Positions 48,201-60,132 of a stretch of 64,000 nt of DNA are shown in pieces. The notes below the pieces were generated by a model. That model was given only the letters and a program-made list of their open reading frames with translations, was not told the origin of the DNA and did not search any database. The DNA lies in assembly GCF_039654945.1 (NCBI RefSeq), contig NW_027361840.1:2728001-2792000 (forward strand). Direction: 5' to 3'. The translations under genes were made by a program, and so were the position numbers. Source of the stretch: Dendrobates tinctorius (taxonomy: Eukaryota). Each line of letters begins with the position of its first letter. Positions within the stretch are counted from its first letter, which is position 1.

Positions 48201-50075
48201 GCTGCACACACTACTGTGCGTTCTTATACTCCACTCACAACCAGAGCTGCACTCACTATTCTGCGATCTTATACTCTACTCACACCCAGAGCTCCACTCA
48301 CTATTCTGCGTTCTTATACTCCACTCACACCCAGAGCTGCACTCACTATTATGCGTTCTTATACTCCACTCACACCCAGAGCTCCATTCGCTATTGTGCG
48401 CTCTTATACTCCACTCACACCCAGAGCTGCACTCACTGTTCTGCATTCTTATACTCCACTCACACCCAGAGCTGCACTCACTATTCTGCGTTCTTATACT
48501 CCATTCATACCCAGAGCTGCACTCACTATTCTGCGCTCTTATACTCCACTCATACCCAGAGCTGCACTCACTATTCTGGGTTCTTATACTCCACTCTTAC
48601 CCAGAGCTGCACACACTATTCTGCGTTCTTATACTCCACTCACACCCAGAGATGCACACACTATTCTGCGTTCTTATACTCCACTCACACCCAGAGATGC
48701 ACACACTATTCTGCGTTCTTATACTCCACTCACACCCAGAGATGCACTCACTATTCTGCGTTCTTATACTCCACTCACACCCAGAGCTGCACACACTATT
48801 CTGCGTTCTTATACTCCACTCACACCCAGAGATGCACACACTATTCTGCGTTCTTATACTCCACTCATACCCAGAGCTGCACTCACTATTCTGCGTTCTT
48901 ATACTCCACTCACACCCAGAGATGCACACACTATTCTGCGTTCTTATGCTCCACTCACATCCAGAGCTGCACTCAGTGTTCTGCATTCTTATACTCCACT
49001 CACACCCAGAGCTCCACTCACTATTCTGCGTTCTTATACTCCACTCACACCCAGAGCTGCACACGCTATTCGGCGCTCTTATACTCCATTCATACCCAGA
49101 GCTGCACTCACTATTCTGCGTTCTTATACTCCACTCACACCCAGAGCTGCACTCACTATTCTGCGCTCTTATACTCCATTCATACCCAGAGCTGCACTCA
49201 CTATTTTGCGTTCTTATACTCCACTCACACCCAGAGATGCACATACTACTGTGCGTTCTTATACTCCACTCACACCCAGAGCTGCACACACTATTCTGCG
49301 TACTTATACTCCACTCACACCCAGAGCTGCACACACTATTCTGCGTTCTTATACTCCACTCACACCCAGAGCTGCACACACTATTCTGCGTTCTTATACT
49401 CCACTCACACCCAGAGCTGCACACACTATTCTGCGTTCTTATACTCCACTCACACCCAGAGCTGCACACACTATTCTGCGTTCTTATACTCCACTCACAC
49501 CCAGAGCTGCACACACTATTTTGCGTTCTTATACTCCACTCACACCCAGAGCTGCACACACTACTGTGCGTTCTTATACTCCACTCACACCCAGAGCTGC
49601 ACACACTATTCTGCACTCTTAAACTCCACTCACACCCAGAGGTGCACACACTACTGTGCATTCTTATACTCCACTCACACCCAGAGCTGCACACACTATT
49701 GTGCGCTTTTATACTCCACTCACACCCAGAGCTGCACTCACTGTTCTGCATTCTTATACTCCACTCACACCCAGAGCTACACTCGGTATTCTGCGTTCTT
49801 ATACTCCACTCACACCCAGAGCTGCACTCGCTATTATGCGCTTATACTCCACTCACACCCAGAGCTGCACTCGCTATTCTACGTTCTTATACTCCACTCA
49901 CACCCAGAGCTGTACTCGCTACTCTGTGTTCTTATACTCCACTCACACCCAGAGCTGCACTCGCTGTTCTACGTTCTTATACTCCACTCACACCCTGAGC
50001 TGCACTCACTATTCTGCATTCTTATACTCCACTCACACCCAGAGCTGCACTCGCTATTCTGCGTTCTTATCTCCA
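45255..50075. repeat. 40-bp minisatellite, ~120 copies (left part)
   Basis: tatactccactcacacccagagctgcactcactattctgcgttct-type unit with strict 40-bp register. Confidence 0.98.
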
Positions 50076-51420
50076 ACTCTTTTATTTTACAAAATTATCA
50101 AAATTACACTCAGAAACAAACCACAATACATAAACTAAAGAAAACCAACATAGACATAAAATGTGCAAAACATGCGCAAACAACTGAAAGTCCAAATCCT
50201 TTCCTTGTCCTCCAACTCTTTTATTTTACAAAATTATCAAAATTACACTCAGAAACAAACCACAATACATAAACTAAAGAAAACCAACATAGACATAAAA
50301 TGTGCAAAACATGCGCAAACAACTGAAAGTCCAAATCCTTTCCTTGTCCCCCACTGAGCTCGGCAGCTTAGGGTCCCCCAGCAGGAATCCACTGAAAAGA
50401 GAATACAAAGAAACATAAACCCCTCTCCCCACTCTCACCCCATTCACCCCCATTCACACCTCACCGATTTTACTAGTTTACTATTTACAATTTTACTATT
50501 TACAAAAACCAAACGAAAATAACCCTTTCCTGGCCCTCCGCCTTGAAAAAAACAAGAACTCTGCCACTTTGGCCGACAAACCTTACCTCCTATTACACAG
50601 CAAAGATTTTTTTTTTTTTTTTTTTTTCTCCCCTCTCCCACACATGGCAACAAGTTCGCAGCCTTTTTTCCCACCACCTTGCACCGCAGGTCCTACAAGT
50701 TTGTAGCCTTGTCACTGCAAAATCTGGTCCACGAAAGTTTATGGCCTTTTGATTCCACACGAAAACTATTTCCAGGGTCCGCAGAGTCTACTTCTCCTGC
50801 CCTGCTCCTTTGCTCCTTCATGTTGCTCTTGGCATCCGGTCATCCATCCACCACCCCCCATGCACCCCCCTCCCAACCTGACTACACCCCATCCACACAT
50901 TCTAACTAAAAAAACAAAAAAAAACGTGTGTTATATGTTTTTCCTTTTACCAAAGCACAACCAAAAGACATTTTCCAAAACTCTCAATACCATCCCATCT
51001 ACTTACGCATTAATATACAAACTAAACACAGCATTTACATACCCAAGGCCCAAGTTTGGCACCTGTAAGCCCAATATCCATTATATTTCCTGTTTTTAAA
51101 ACAAAACGCTAAGGTGGCATGCACCAGCCCACCACCAGGAAAACGGGGTTCTAGAGGCTCCATCCCTCACTAACACATTCATCCTATCCCTCAAGAACTA
51201 AGACTGTCCCTACTTCTGTCCCTAAAAAAGAAACCTGTCCCTATCTGTCCCTACCTGCCCCTACTCTACCTAACTTATCATAACTAACTCTCTATCTGTC
51301 CCTCAGTGCCTGTCCCTCCCTGTCCCTATCTGTCCCTACCTCTGTCCCTAACACACCCAGTGAAACTTATGCTATCCCTACCCTCATTCACACGGAGCTA
51401 GCTCTCCCTTGAGTGCGTTT

Positions 51421-54400
51421 TTAAAAGGAGAGGCCTCTCCAAAGCCAAGAGGCCTTCCTCACACCCAACCTTTCGAACTCCAAAGAACGGACCTTCACCA
51501 GGTCACCCAAAATGTTTCCTACCACCTCATCCCTTGGGAGGGTTTTTTTCCGCGTCGAAACTAGGCACCGTGCATTCCAAGTGTGGAACCTAACCGCTGC
51601 ACTGACTAGGAATAAAGTGCACGGGTCCCGGCCACCCAGGGATCTGAACGCTCCATAGGCCCATTCAGCGTAGGAGAGGGACGCCAGCCGCGGCCAACGT
51701 ATGGAAGCACCCACCCTGTTGTAAACCTCTGCATTAAAGGGACAATGAAGCAGGAAGTGCTCCATGCTTTCCAGCACGTCGCCACACTCCTCACGAGGGC
51801 AACCCCGGTCATCGGAGTTCCTGCACTTCAAGTTGTCCCTTACATACAGCCTCCCGTGGAAGCAATGCCAGGTCAAGTCCCATAACTTCATGGGGATCCG
51901 CTTAGAATTTAAAAGCCCCAGCCCGACCTCCAGATCCCGTCCTGGGCAATCCTTAAGGGCCAGGGGCTTCTGGAAATGGGTCAACAGGACCCTCCTGTCA
52001 AGGCACTGCCTCGACATGGTCCTGATTTCCCACATTCCCAGACCCCACCGGCGGATCACCTTCAGAACCGGGGTAGCATAAGCCGGGAGATGCCCATGAG
52101 GTGTGCGTAGGTCCTTCACCCGCCCTCCTGTCTCCCATTCCTGGAAGAAAGGCCAAAGCCAACCCTTGCAGGAGACTACCCACGGAGGAGCCCTCTCTAG
52201 CCAGAGGTTGGAGATGTTAGTCTTAAGAAAGGTGTTTACTAGAAACACCACCGGGTTGACCATACCCAACCCGCCTAGTCTCCTCGTACGGTATGTAACC
52301 TCCCTCTTGATTAGGTTAAGCCTATTCCCCCATAACAATTGGAAGAACAGGCTATAGACCCACGTCCAGAGAGGTTCCGGCAAGATGCACACACTGCCCA
52401 GGTATATCAATAAAGGTAGCAGATAGCCTTTAGCCAGGGCAACCCTTTCCCTCAGGGTTAAAGACCAACCCTTCCATTGGTCCACCTTTTGGGCTGCGAT
52501 CTTAAGTCTGCCCTCCCAATTTTGCTGGGGGTAGTCCCCGGGGCCAAATTCGATGCCTAGAATTTTGGCGGTGGCCTGGGGCCCTGGAAGGGTGTCCGGG
52601 AGATCAAAACTAGGATCTCCCCCTCCCAGCCAGAGACTTTCACACTTATCCCGGTTGATCATGGACCCGGATGCCTCCGAGTAGCGCACTACCTCCGACA
52701 TGACCCAGTCCGCCTCCCCTCTCGAGGATACGAACAGGGAAACATCATCGGCGTACGCCACCACCCTCAGAGAGGAGCAAGAGCCCGCCCGGTCCATCCC
52801 GACTCCCGCCAACGGTCCACGCTCTACCCTCCTTAAGAAGGGATCGATCGCGAACACGTATAAAAGCGGGCTCAGCGGACAGCCCTGACGGACCCCAGAA
52901 CCCACCTCAAAAGGACGACCTGACCAACCGTTAACCAGCGGAAAAGTCTCAGCCCCTTGGTACAAGATCTCTAACCATTTTACAAACCTCCCAGGCAGAC
53001 CATACCTCAAAAGGACGGACCAGAGGTACTCGTGGTTGACCCGGTCAAAGGCTTTCGCTTGATCTAATGACAGCAAGTACCCCTTCCAGTGACCTGCCCT
53101 ACCCTGCTCCACTGCCTCTCGGACACCGAGCACAGCACTAAAAGTACTGCGGCCTGGAACAGAGCAATGCTGGGCCCCTGAAAGGAGCCGGGGTGCAAAC
53201 TTCACCAGCCGATTAAACAGCACCTTGGCCAGAACCTTCCGGTCCGTATCGAGAAGCGCTATGGGACGCCAGTTCTCGATTCGGGACGGATCCTTACCCT
53301 TTGACAGAATAATGAGGGCTGACTTCCTCATTGAGCCGGGAAGAGTGCCCGAGGAGAGACACTCATTAAAGACCCCTGTCAAGAGGGGGACCAAGGAGTC
53401 CCTAAAAGTCTTATAGAACTCAGATGTTAAGCCATCCGGACCTGGCGATTTCTTGAGCCGAAGCCCATCAATGGCCAGTCTCACTTCCTCTTCCCTGATT
53501 TCTTCTGCCAAAACACCAAGAGAGGGGTCACCCCCTGGCTCAGGGACGGCTTCAGCCAGGAAAGCCGACATCCTGTCCCGATCCAGATCCTTCTTTTCCA
53601 AGAGGTGTGAGTAGAAGGATCTGACTACCTCCAGGATCCCTGATTTGGATCTGTTCAGGGACCCCGTACTGTCGATCAGTCCTGTCACCATCTTACAATT
53701 CACTGACATCTTACAGTTTCTGTAAGGGTCGGGCGAGCGGTACTTCCCGAAGTCCCTCTCAAAAACCAAGGATGTGTGCCTATCATACTGACACCTCTTG
53801 AGCAAAGATTTCACTCTGGAGATTTCCTCTCGGTCACCTCCAGTCGAGACAAGCTGCTCGAGTTTCCTCCCCAGAGCCTGGTACAAGCGGTGCCTGTTCA
53901 GACTCCTGAGGCTCGAGAGCTGACGGAAGAACCCCGCCACCCGCTTTTTGAAGATCTCCCACCACTCTGACTTACTACTACAGAGATCCAACAGCGGTAC
54001 CTGGCTCTGAAGAAAATCCTCGAAGGATTGTCTCACCTCCGCTTCTTCCAGCGGGGACGAATTGAGCTTCCACAGCCCTCTTCCCATCCGAGGAGTCTCT
54101 GCAACATTCAGAGAAAAGAAAATTAGACAGTGATCGGAGAACTCCACCTCAACGGCGGACACAGCAGAAAAGATGGCGTCCTCCTTCAAAAAAAACCTGT
54201 CTATTCTAGACCTACAGCTACCCCTATGGTAGGTGAAACCTCCGTGACCTGGGGTGTGCCGGATGTGGGCATCCACCAGGCGAGCTTCACTGGCTATGCT
54301 ATTCAACGCGATGCTATCATAAGCCAGGCGATCTCCGGGACCCCCCCGGTCACGGGACCTCGTAATGGTGTTGAAGTCCCCACCGAAGACCACCTGTCGG

Positions 54401-54813
54401 CTCGTAAAAAGAAAGGGCTTGATCCTCAGGAAGAGACATTTGCGGTCCCACTTGGACTGCGGGCCGTAGATGTTGATGAGCCGGAGCTCTTGTCCCCTCA
54501 TGAAGACATCTAGGATCAGGCACCTCCCCATTTCCAACTCAGTAACCCGTCGGCATTCAACTGCTGCAGTCTTAAAAAGGACTGCCACCCCGCTATACGG
54601 CTCGGCCGCAAGAGACCAGTATGAGGGCCCGCACCTCCACTCCCTCCGTGCTTTATAGATGGCCCCCATGTCTGTTAGTCTGGTCTCTTGCAAGAATAAA
54701 ATTTCTGCCTCAATCCGGGAGAAAAAATCAAAGGCCGTGAAGCGAGCCGCATCTGACTTAATGCTGGCGACATTAATAGACGCCAGCGTCAACGGGGCGA
54801 GTTCAGCCATCAT
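51421..54813 (-). CDS. Tx1-like ORF2: APE endonuclease, reverse transcriptase, C-terminal Cys/His motif (1130 aa, uninterrupted)
   Basis: SINVASI...LQET...GGDFN...SRIDRFF...FSDH; KSPGPDG; WRPIALL; DQAKAFD; RQGCPLSP; AYADD; CPREEC...ESMEHFLLHC. Confidence 0.95.
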   Translation of the reverse strand: MMAELAPLTLASINVASIKSDAARFTAFDFFSRIEAEILFLQETRLTDMGAIYKARREWRCGPSYWSLAAEPYSGVAVLFKTAAVECRRVTELEMGRCLILDVFMRGQELRLINIYGPQSKWDRKCLFLRIKPFLFTSRQVVFGGDFNTITRSRDRGGPGDRLAYDSIALNSIASEARLVDAHIRHTPGHGGFTYHRGSCRSRIDRFFLKEDAIFSAVSAVEVEFSDHCLIFFSLNVAETPRMGRGLWKLNSSPLEEAEVRQSFEDFLQSQVPLLDLCSSKSEWWEIFKKRVAGFFRQLSSLRSLNRHRLYQALGRKLEQLVSTGGDREEISRVKSLLKRCQYDRHTSLVFERDFGKYRSPDPYRNCKMSVNCKMVTGLIDSTGSLNRSKSGILEVVRSFYSHLLEKKDLDRDRMSAFLAEAVPEPGGDPSLGVLAEEIREEEVRLAIDGLRLKKSPGPDGLTSEFYKTFRDSLVPLLTGVFNECLSSGTLPGSMRKSALIILSKGKDPSRIENWRPIALLDTDRKVLAKVLFNRLVKFAPRLLSGAQHCSVPGRSTFSAVLGVREAVEQGRAGHWKGYLLSLDQAKAFDRVNHEYLWSVLLRYGLPGRFVKWLEILYQGAETFPLVNGWSGRPFEVGSGVRQGCPLSPLLYVFAIDPFLRRVERGPLAGVGMDRAGSCSSLRVVAYADDVSLFVSSRGEADWVMSEVVRYSEASGSMINRDKCESLWLGGGDPSFDLPDTLPGPQATAKILGIEFGPGDYPQQNWEGRLKIAAQKVDQWKGWSLTLRERVALAKGYLLPLLIYLGSVCILPEPLWTWVYSLFFQLLWGNRLNLIKREVTYRTRRLGGLGMVNPVVFLVNTFLKTNISNLWLERAPPWVVSCKGWLWPFFQEWETGGRVKDLRTPHGHLPAYATPVLKVIRRWGLGMWEIRTMSRQCLDRRVLLTHFQKPLALKDCPGRDLEVGLGLLNSKRIPMKLWDLTWHCFHGRLYVRDNLKCRNSDDRGCPREECGDVLESMEHFLLHCPFNAEVYNRVGASIRWPRLASLSYAEWAYGAFRSLGGRDPCTLFLVSAAVRFHTWNARCLVSTRKKTLPRDEVVGNILGDLVKVRSLEFERLGVRKASWLWRGLSF

Positions 54814-57800
54814 GGGTGATCGAGTTGGATGGCCAATTTCTTCCCTACCCCGCTATTACCTCCTCCTGGGGAGGGGTCAGACACCTTCCTTTTCAGGGAA
54901 GCTCCCGACGTGTCCATCCCACCCCCCTCGGTGTCCTCGCCCCCGGGTTCCAGGTCTGTCCCCCCCTCAGGAGGAGCAATGCCCCCTGAGGGACGGACTC
55001 CGCCATCCCCTGAAGGACCCCCCGGTGTTGCCCCCGGCCCAGTACCCTCGTCTTGCGGTTCATCATCTGAACCTCCGAGGGCGCTGAACCGGTTGGAGAG
55101 TCTGATCAGAGGGGGGTCAGCGGGCCCTTCCGTATGCACCCTTGTGGTCGGGGGCGGGGGGGACTTTGAAGGCTTGTCAGCCTTCCTCCCCACCGCTTTG
55201 CGCTTGGCACGCCTGGTTTTGCCACCTGGTGCTGTAGGCTGCTCTTGGACATCCTCATCAACACTTTCATACTGAGAGGAATTGTCCGAGTCAGCCGCTT
55301 TCTCCTCTCTCTCCATCCTCCTGATCTCCTCACTCACCGCACTCTCCCCCAGGGCCTCAGAGGCTTTGGCCACGGGCCTGGAGGGAGGAGCAGGCATCAC
55401 CCCGGTTGCCCGAGGCTCCACCTGTCCCTTACCTCCCTGGCGCTTTTCCTGCCTCCGCTGGTACGCGGGGCCCCTTGCAGCATTGCCCTTCCTCACTGGC
55501 CCCTCAGCCCTTCCCCCTTCGCCACCACCTGCCACAGCAGAAGCAGCGCCACCGGGGGTTGCCCCCCCGCGGTCTCCCCCCACCGGGCCTGTGGCGGCAT
55601 TAGAGAAAGAGCGAGGGAAGCGGCTGAGAGGGTGACCCAGGTCACCACACAGGTGGCACCGAATGTCTTTGCACAAGGCAGCCAGGTGACCTACCCCACC
55701 ACACAACGCGCACTTCTGCACCTTGCAGTTGGCGCTGAAGTGAGTGGGGTCGCCGCACTTGTGGCAGACCTTCGGTTGCCCCTGGTAGAAGACCAGGATC
55801 CTGTCCCTTCCCAGGAACGCCGAGGAAGGGATGTGGGTGACCGTGCCGCCGGAAACCTTCAATTTGACCATGAAGGTCCAGCCCCCCGACCAGATGCCAA
55901 ACTCGTCCCTGTTCTTTTTTGGGACCTCGGTGACCTCCCCGTAACGGGAAAGCCACGTCATGATGTCCACGCCTGCGAGTGACTCGTTACATGTAACCAC
56001 GGTCACTCGCTTGACGGAATTTTGGCGAGACACCGCTTGAGCCACGAAGTCTCGCCATCCGGGCTCTTCTCGCACCAGCTCGTAGTTTGACCAGAAGAGC
56101 TCAAGCCCCTCTGGCCGCACGAAGCTGACGTCGAAGAAGCGGGACGCCGAAGGGTGTATCAGGGCAAAGATGTCATTCGCCCCGAAGCCCATCTTAAGGA
56201 GGAGCTCCACCACCTTGCTCCTAGGTGGACAAGCTTCACTGCCCCCCCACCTAAGACGGACCACATTCCTTCTTGGCGGCCCCTGCCCGGCTGTGGGGAG
56301 AGACCAAACAGTCCCTCCCTCCCTTTGATTTTGGAAGGCTGCTAGGCCATGTCTCTCTATCCAGAAAGACAGGTCCACTGTCCTCCCCTCTACCATGATC
56401 GATCTTTCTCCCCTTTGGAGGGCCTCCAGGAAACGGCGGTGCAAACCGCCGTCCCCGGAGCCCGGAGGCGAGGAGACCCCCCCGGAACCACCCCTACCCC
56501 CAGCCGCGACCCCCGCATAATTACGTTGGGGCCTCGCGGCTGGGGGGGCAGACGGGCCAGCCCTCCCACCACTACCACCACTTGTGCCAGCACCCTCATT
56601 CATTCTCCCGTTCACTCTTTTATTATTTCCACTCGCTCCGGCACTCACTCCAGCATTTACTGCCACATTCACACTCACTCCCTCATCCATATCGCTCACA
56701 TCACCATTTATGTCCTCAAACAACTCTTCAAAAATATCTCCTATCTCACTCCCACTCTCACTTCCAGATAGACCACTATTTACATTAGCAGACTTGGTGT
56801 TGCAGTACCCCTGCCTGCCTGCTGGGGGCCCTGACTGGCCAGTGCTCTGCTCCTTGGAGCTGCTGGCACTGCTCCAACTCTTGTCCAGGAGTGCCGCTGC
56901 CCCTTTAAATACCTCCGAGCAGAGCGCACTCAGTACGCCCTGCCCGAGCCTGGGAGCAGCAGCAGCTCCTGGGTTCTCTGGCTCCAATTTTTTTTCTTTT
57001 TGCGGTGTCTTTGCATTGAGGACAGGGACGGCCACTGCCACCGCACCCTGCCCTCTGCTGTTCACCCCCGCCGGCTTCCCAAGGAGCGCCAGAGCCCCCG
57101 CACCACCAGATGGAGGTAAGCGGGCTGGGGACCCCGACAACTCCCTACCGACTTTTGGGGGCACTATGCTGCTTGAGGGGGTAGGCGGGACAGGAGGCAG
57201 TGGGTCCGCCAAGGCCACGCCCCCCACGCCGGCCGCAGCCACCCCGGGCAGAGCAGTGACCCCTTGCGAGGCCACTCCCCCCCCAGGTGACGTGGGCACA
57301 GCGGGCGGGACAGCGGCCGAGGAGGACACGCCCCCCCGCATGCCGCAGCCTTTGCAGGCTGGGCAACACTCGGGGAGGCCACGCCCCCCTCACGGACCGT
57401 CACTGCGCCCCTGAACCCACCACTTGATGTTGGCAGGGCTGGCCACTCCCCCTCGTCGCCCAGCGGCGGCGGTGCCCCCAGCACGGACCCCTTTTTGGGT
57501 CTACGCGCTGGGGACCCCGCTCTTGCCACGGGCGCCGTCAGAGGAGCTACCAGCCCCTTGCATTTTTTTAGCTGCTGCTTCACAGCAGCCTCCACGCCCT
57601 TTCTAGGTCTCTGGACCCCCATAAGTGGACCAGACTTAACGGACCCGTGCGTGGGGGATCCAGAGACCCCAGCACTCACCGCCGGAGGTGCGGTCCTGGC
57701 TGTACCCGTGCTGAGCGCCAGGCCAGCCCCCCCTGCCACCGGGGACTGAGCCCGGACACCACTACTGCCAATACCGCCAGCGGCTGTTACACCAATGGCA

Positions 57801-58825
57801 CCAGCACCGACCTCCATGTCGCTGCCTGAACCCTCACCGCCACCACCAGATGTGACGGTAAGGCCCAGGCACACATCACTCTGCCTGCGCCCCCGCTGCG
57901 GACCCACCACAGGGCCCGAGCCGGGGTGGGCAGCGGGTTCCATACAGCGGGACAGAGGGGCCCCGGAAAGAGGGACAAACATAAGTTTGTCAGCCACGGT
58001 GTTTTTTGGCTTGCGCTTGTTTTTTTTCTTTTTCCTCTTTCCGGTTGCCTCGTCCTCAGGGCAGACCTCATCCCCAAAGAGCAGTGTGCCAAACCGCTCT
58101 GGGGACTCGATCTGCCTCACCTGTTGTAGGACGAGGCAGCCCCCCTCACTACTACTGTCCCCACTCCCACCAGCCTCCCCCTCGCCCCCACTTTCCTCCG
58201 AGTAACTGGAGTCCGGTGGGAGAGCCACTTGCTCAGGGGCAACCCCGCTGCATGTTACCTGGGTGTTGTTGCTCACCAGGCCTTCAGGTGGGGCAGGCGT
58301 AGATGTTCCGCCATCCTCCTCCTCCTCCTCTTGGCCCTCCACCTGGCAGGGGCCTCCTGACCCCCCAGGAGACCCTCCGGTCATGGCTCTAAACCGGTCA
58401 TCATTTTTCAGTTTCTCTGCAAAGGGGCCGCTCCCACTCAGGATAGCCGCTCGTATCTCCTCCAAGGCCCTGATAGCCCCCTTCAGCCTCTCCACCGTGG
58501 TGGAGACCTCAGCTCGTCTCGAGGCGGGGAGCCGGTTCTTAGCCACCGCTCGTGCTCCCCTTAACTCCTCCCGGAGTTTTCTCAGCTGTTTGGCGGCCTC
58601 CTCATATTCGCAGAGGTGCGCATGGATGCGGGAGGCGTAGATGGTAGATGGCTCTCCCTCAGCTCTGGAGCCCCAGATGTTGGGGGGCTCTGCCACTGCA
58701 CCTCTGCTCTGGGCCGCCACTCCTCCGGGAGGAGGAGCCGCCACGGTACCAGCTTCGGGGGGCCCGGTGTCCCGGGGCTCCTGGGTCCTGCGACCCCCTC
58801 TCTCTTGGCTCCGTCTCTTCCCCAT
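54810..58825 (-). CDS. Tx1-like ORF1 (nucleic-acid binding), split by one frameshift near 57331-57337
   Basis: N-terminal part has a coiled-coil-like helix and KRKKKKNKRK; C-terminal part has an RRM-like region plus CHKCGDPTHFSANC / CALCGGVGHLAALC / CHLCGDLGHPLSRF. Confidence 0.8.
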
Positions 58826-59077
58826 CTCCCTGGGACTGGCTGGCTGCACCCTGGCCTCCGGATGGTGCTGAGGCCCCCCACCCCCAGCTGGCTTGCCGGA
58901 GGGTGGGAGCCAGGGGCACAGCCCCGGCGCTCAGTCCCAGGGAAAGTCCTCTTTCCTGGGAAGGGGGCAGATGGAAAGTCCTTGCAGGAAAAAACCTCCC
59001 TTCCCAGGAGCTTAGCAAGACCCTAGCCTGCAGATGCTCAGCACAGATGCTCCTCCTCTTCCTGGGCGTGCTCTATC

Positions 59078-59516
59078 CTCCAGTCACCTCCAGAGCTGCA
59101 CTCACTATTCTGCGTTCTTATACTCCACTCACACCCAGAGCTCCACACACTACTGTGTTCTTATACTCCACTCACAACCAGAGCTGCACACACTATTCTG
59201 CGCTCTTATACTCCACTCACACCCAGAGCTGCACTCACTATTATGCGTTCTTATACTCCACTCACACCCAGAGCTGTACTCACTATTCTGCGTTCTTATA
59301 CTCAACTCACACCCAGAACTGCACTCGCTATTCTGCGTTCTTATACTCCTCTCACACCCAGAGCTGCACTCCCTATTCTGGGTTCTTATACTCCACTCAC
59401 ACCCAGAGCTGCACACGCTATTCTGCGCTCTTATACTCCACTCATACCCAGAGCTGCACTCACTATCCTGCGTTCTTATACTCCACTCACCTCCAGAGCT
59501 GCAGTCACTATTCTGC
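59078..59516. repeat. 40-bp minisatellite (right part, ~11 copies)
   Basis: Same unit as 45255-50075. Confidence 0.95.
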
Positions 59517-59533
59517 TGTCACATGTCGTCTTA

Positions 59534-60132
59534 GGCTACTTTCACACATCAGGTTTTCGGCGTCAGGCGCGATCCGGCGTTGTGCCGGAATGCCGGATCC
59601 GGCAAATGTTTTGTAAAACCTGATGTGCCGGATCCGGTTTTCTGCCGGATCCGTCTTGTTCTTGACAGACAAAACCGGATCCGTCTCATCCGGTTCATCC
59701 GTTTTTCTATCCGTTTTTCGACGGATTACGCCGGATCTGGTTTTTAAAATTGACCCTTGTGGCCTACTGAGCATGCTCAGACCAAAAAAAACGGATCTGG
59801 CCACCGGATCCGGCTTTCGCCGGATCAGGCGCATTGCGGCGCTCATAGGCTTTCATTGTGTGAAAAAGCCGGACGCGCCGGATCCGGCGTGTCCGGCTTT
59901 TTCGCCAGAGACAAAAAACGTTATAGTAGCCGTTTTTTCCAGACGCCGGATCGCGACACTTTGCCGGATCCGGCGAAAACCGGATGAAACGCATGGCCAT
60001 CCGGCACGATCCGGCGCAAATGCAAGTCAATGGGGGGGAAACCGGATCCGGCATTGCATTTCGCCGGATCCGGTTTCTGTCAAAAGCGCCGGATCGCGCC
60101 TGACGGCGAAAACCTGATGTGTGAAAGAGGCC
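59534..60132. mobile_element. PIF/Harbinger-type MITE rich in CCGGAT/ATCCGG motifs
   Basis: ~45-bp TIR GGCTACTTTCACACATCAGGTTTTCG... / ...CGAAAACCTGATGTGTGAAAGAGGCC; TTA TSD at 59531-59533 and 60133-60135. Confidence 0.92.

Larger units (their letters stand above)
50076..59077 (-). mobile_element. Tx1-clade non-LTR retrotransposon, apparently full length (~9 kb), inserted in the 40-bp minisatellite
   Basis: 5' UTR, long ORF1 with three CCHC-type knuckles, intact ORF2 (APE-RT-Zn), 1.3-kb 3' UTR ending AATAAAAGAGT with no polyA; the array resumes on the other side. Confidence 0.93.

Noticed and set aside
44604-50272. Very long ORFs (757, 1151, 1179, 1029 and 648 aa) on both strands
   Set aside because: They are translations of a stop-poor tandem unit; only 44747-45219 is a real (SNAP47) exon, bounded by splice sites.
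58850-59077. Possible HDV-like ribozyme in the Tx1 5' UTR
   Set aside because: Hairpins are present, but I could not map the nested double pseudoknot by eye; it needs a descriptor search.
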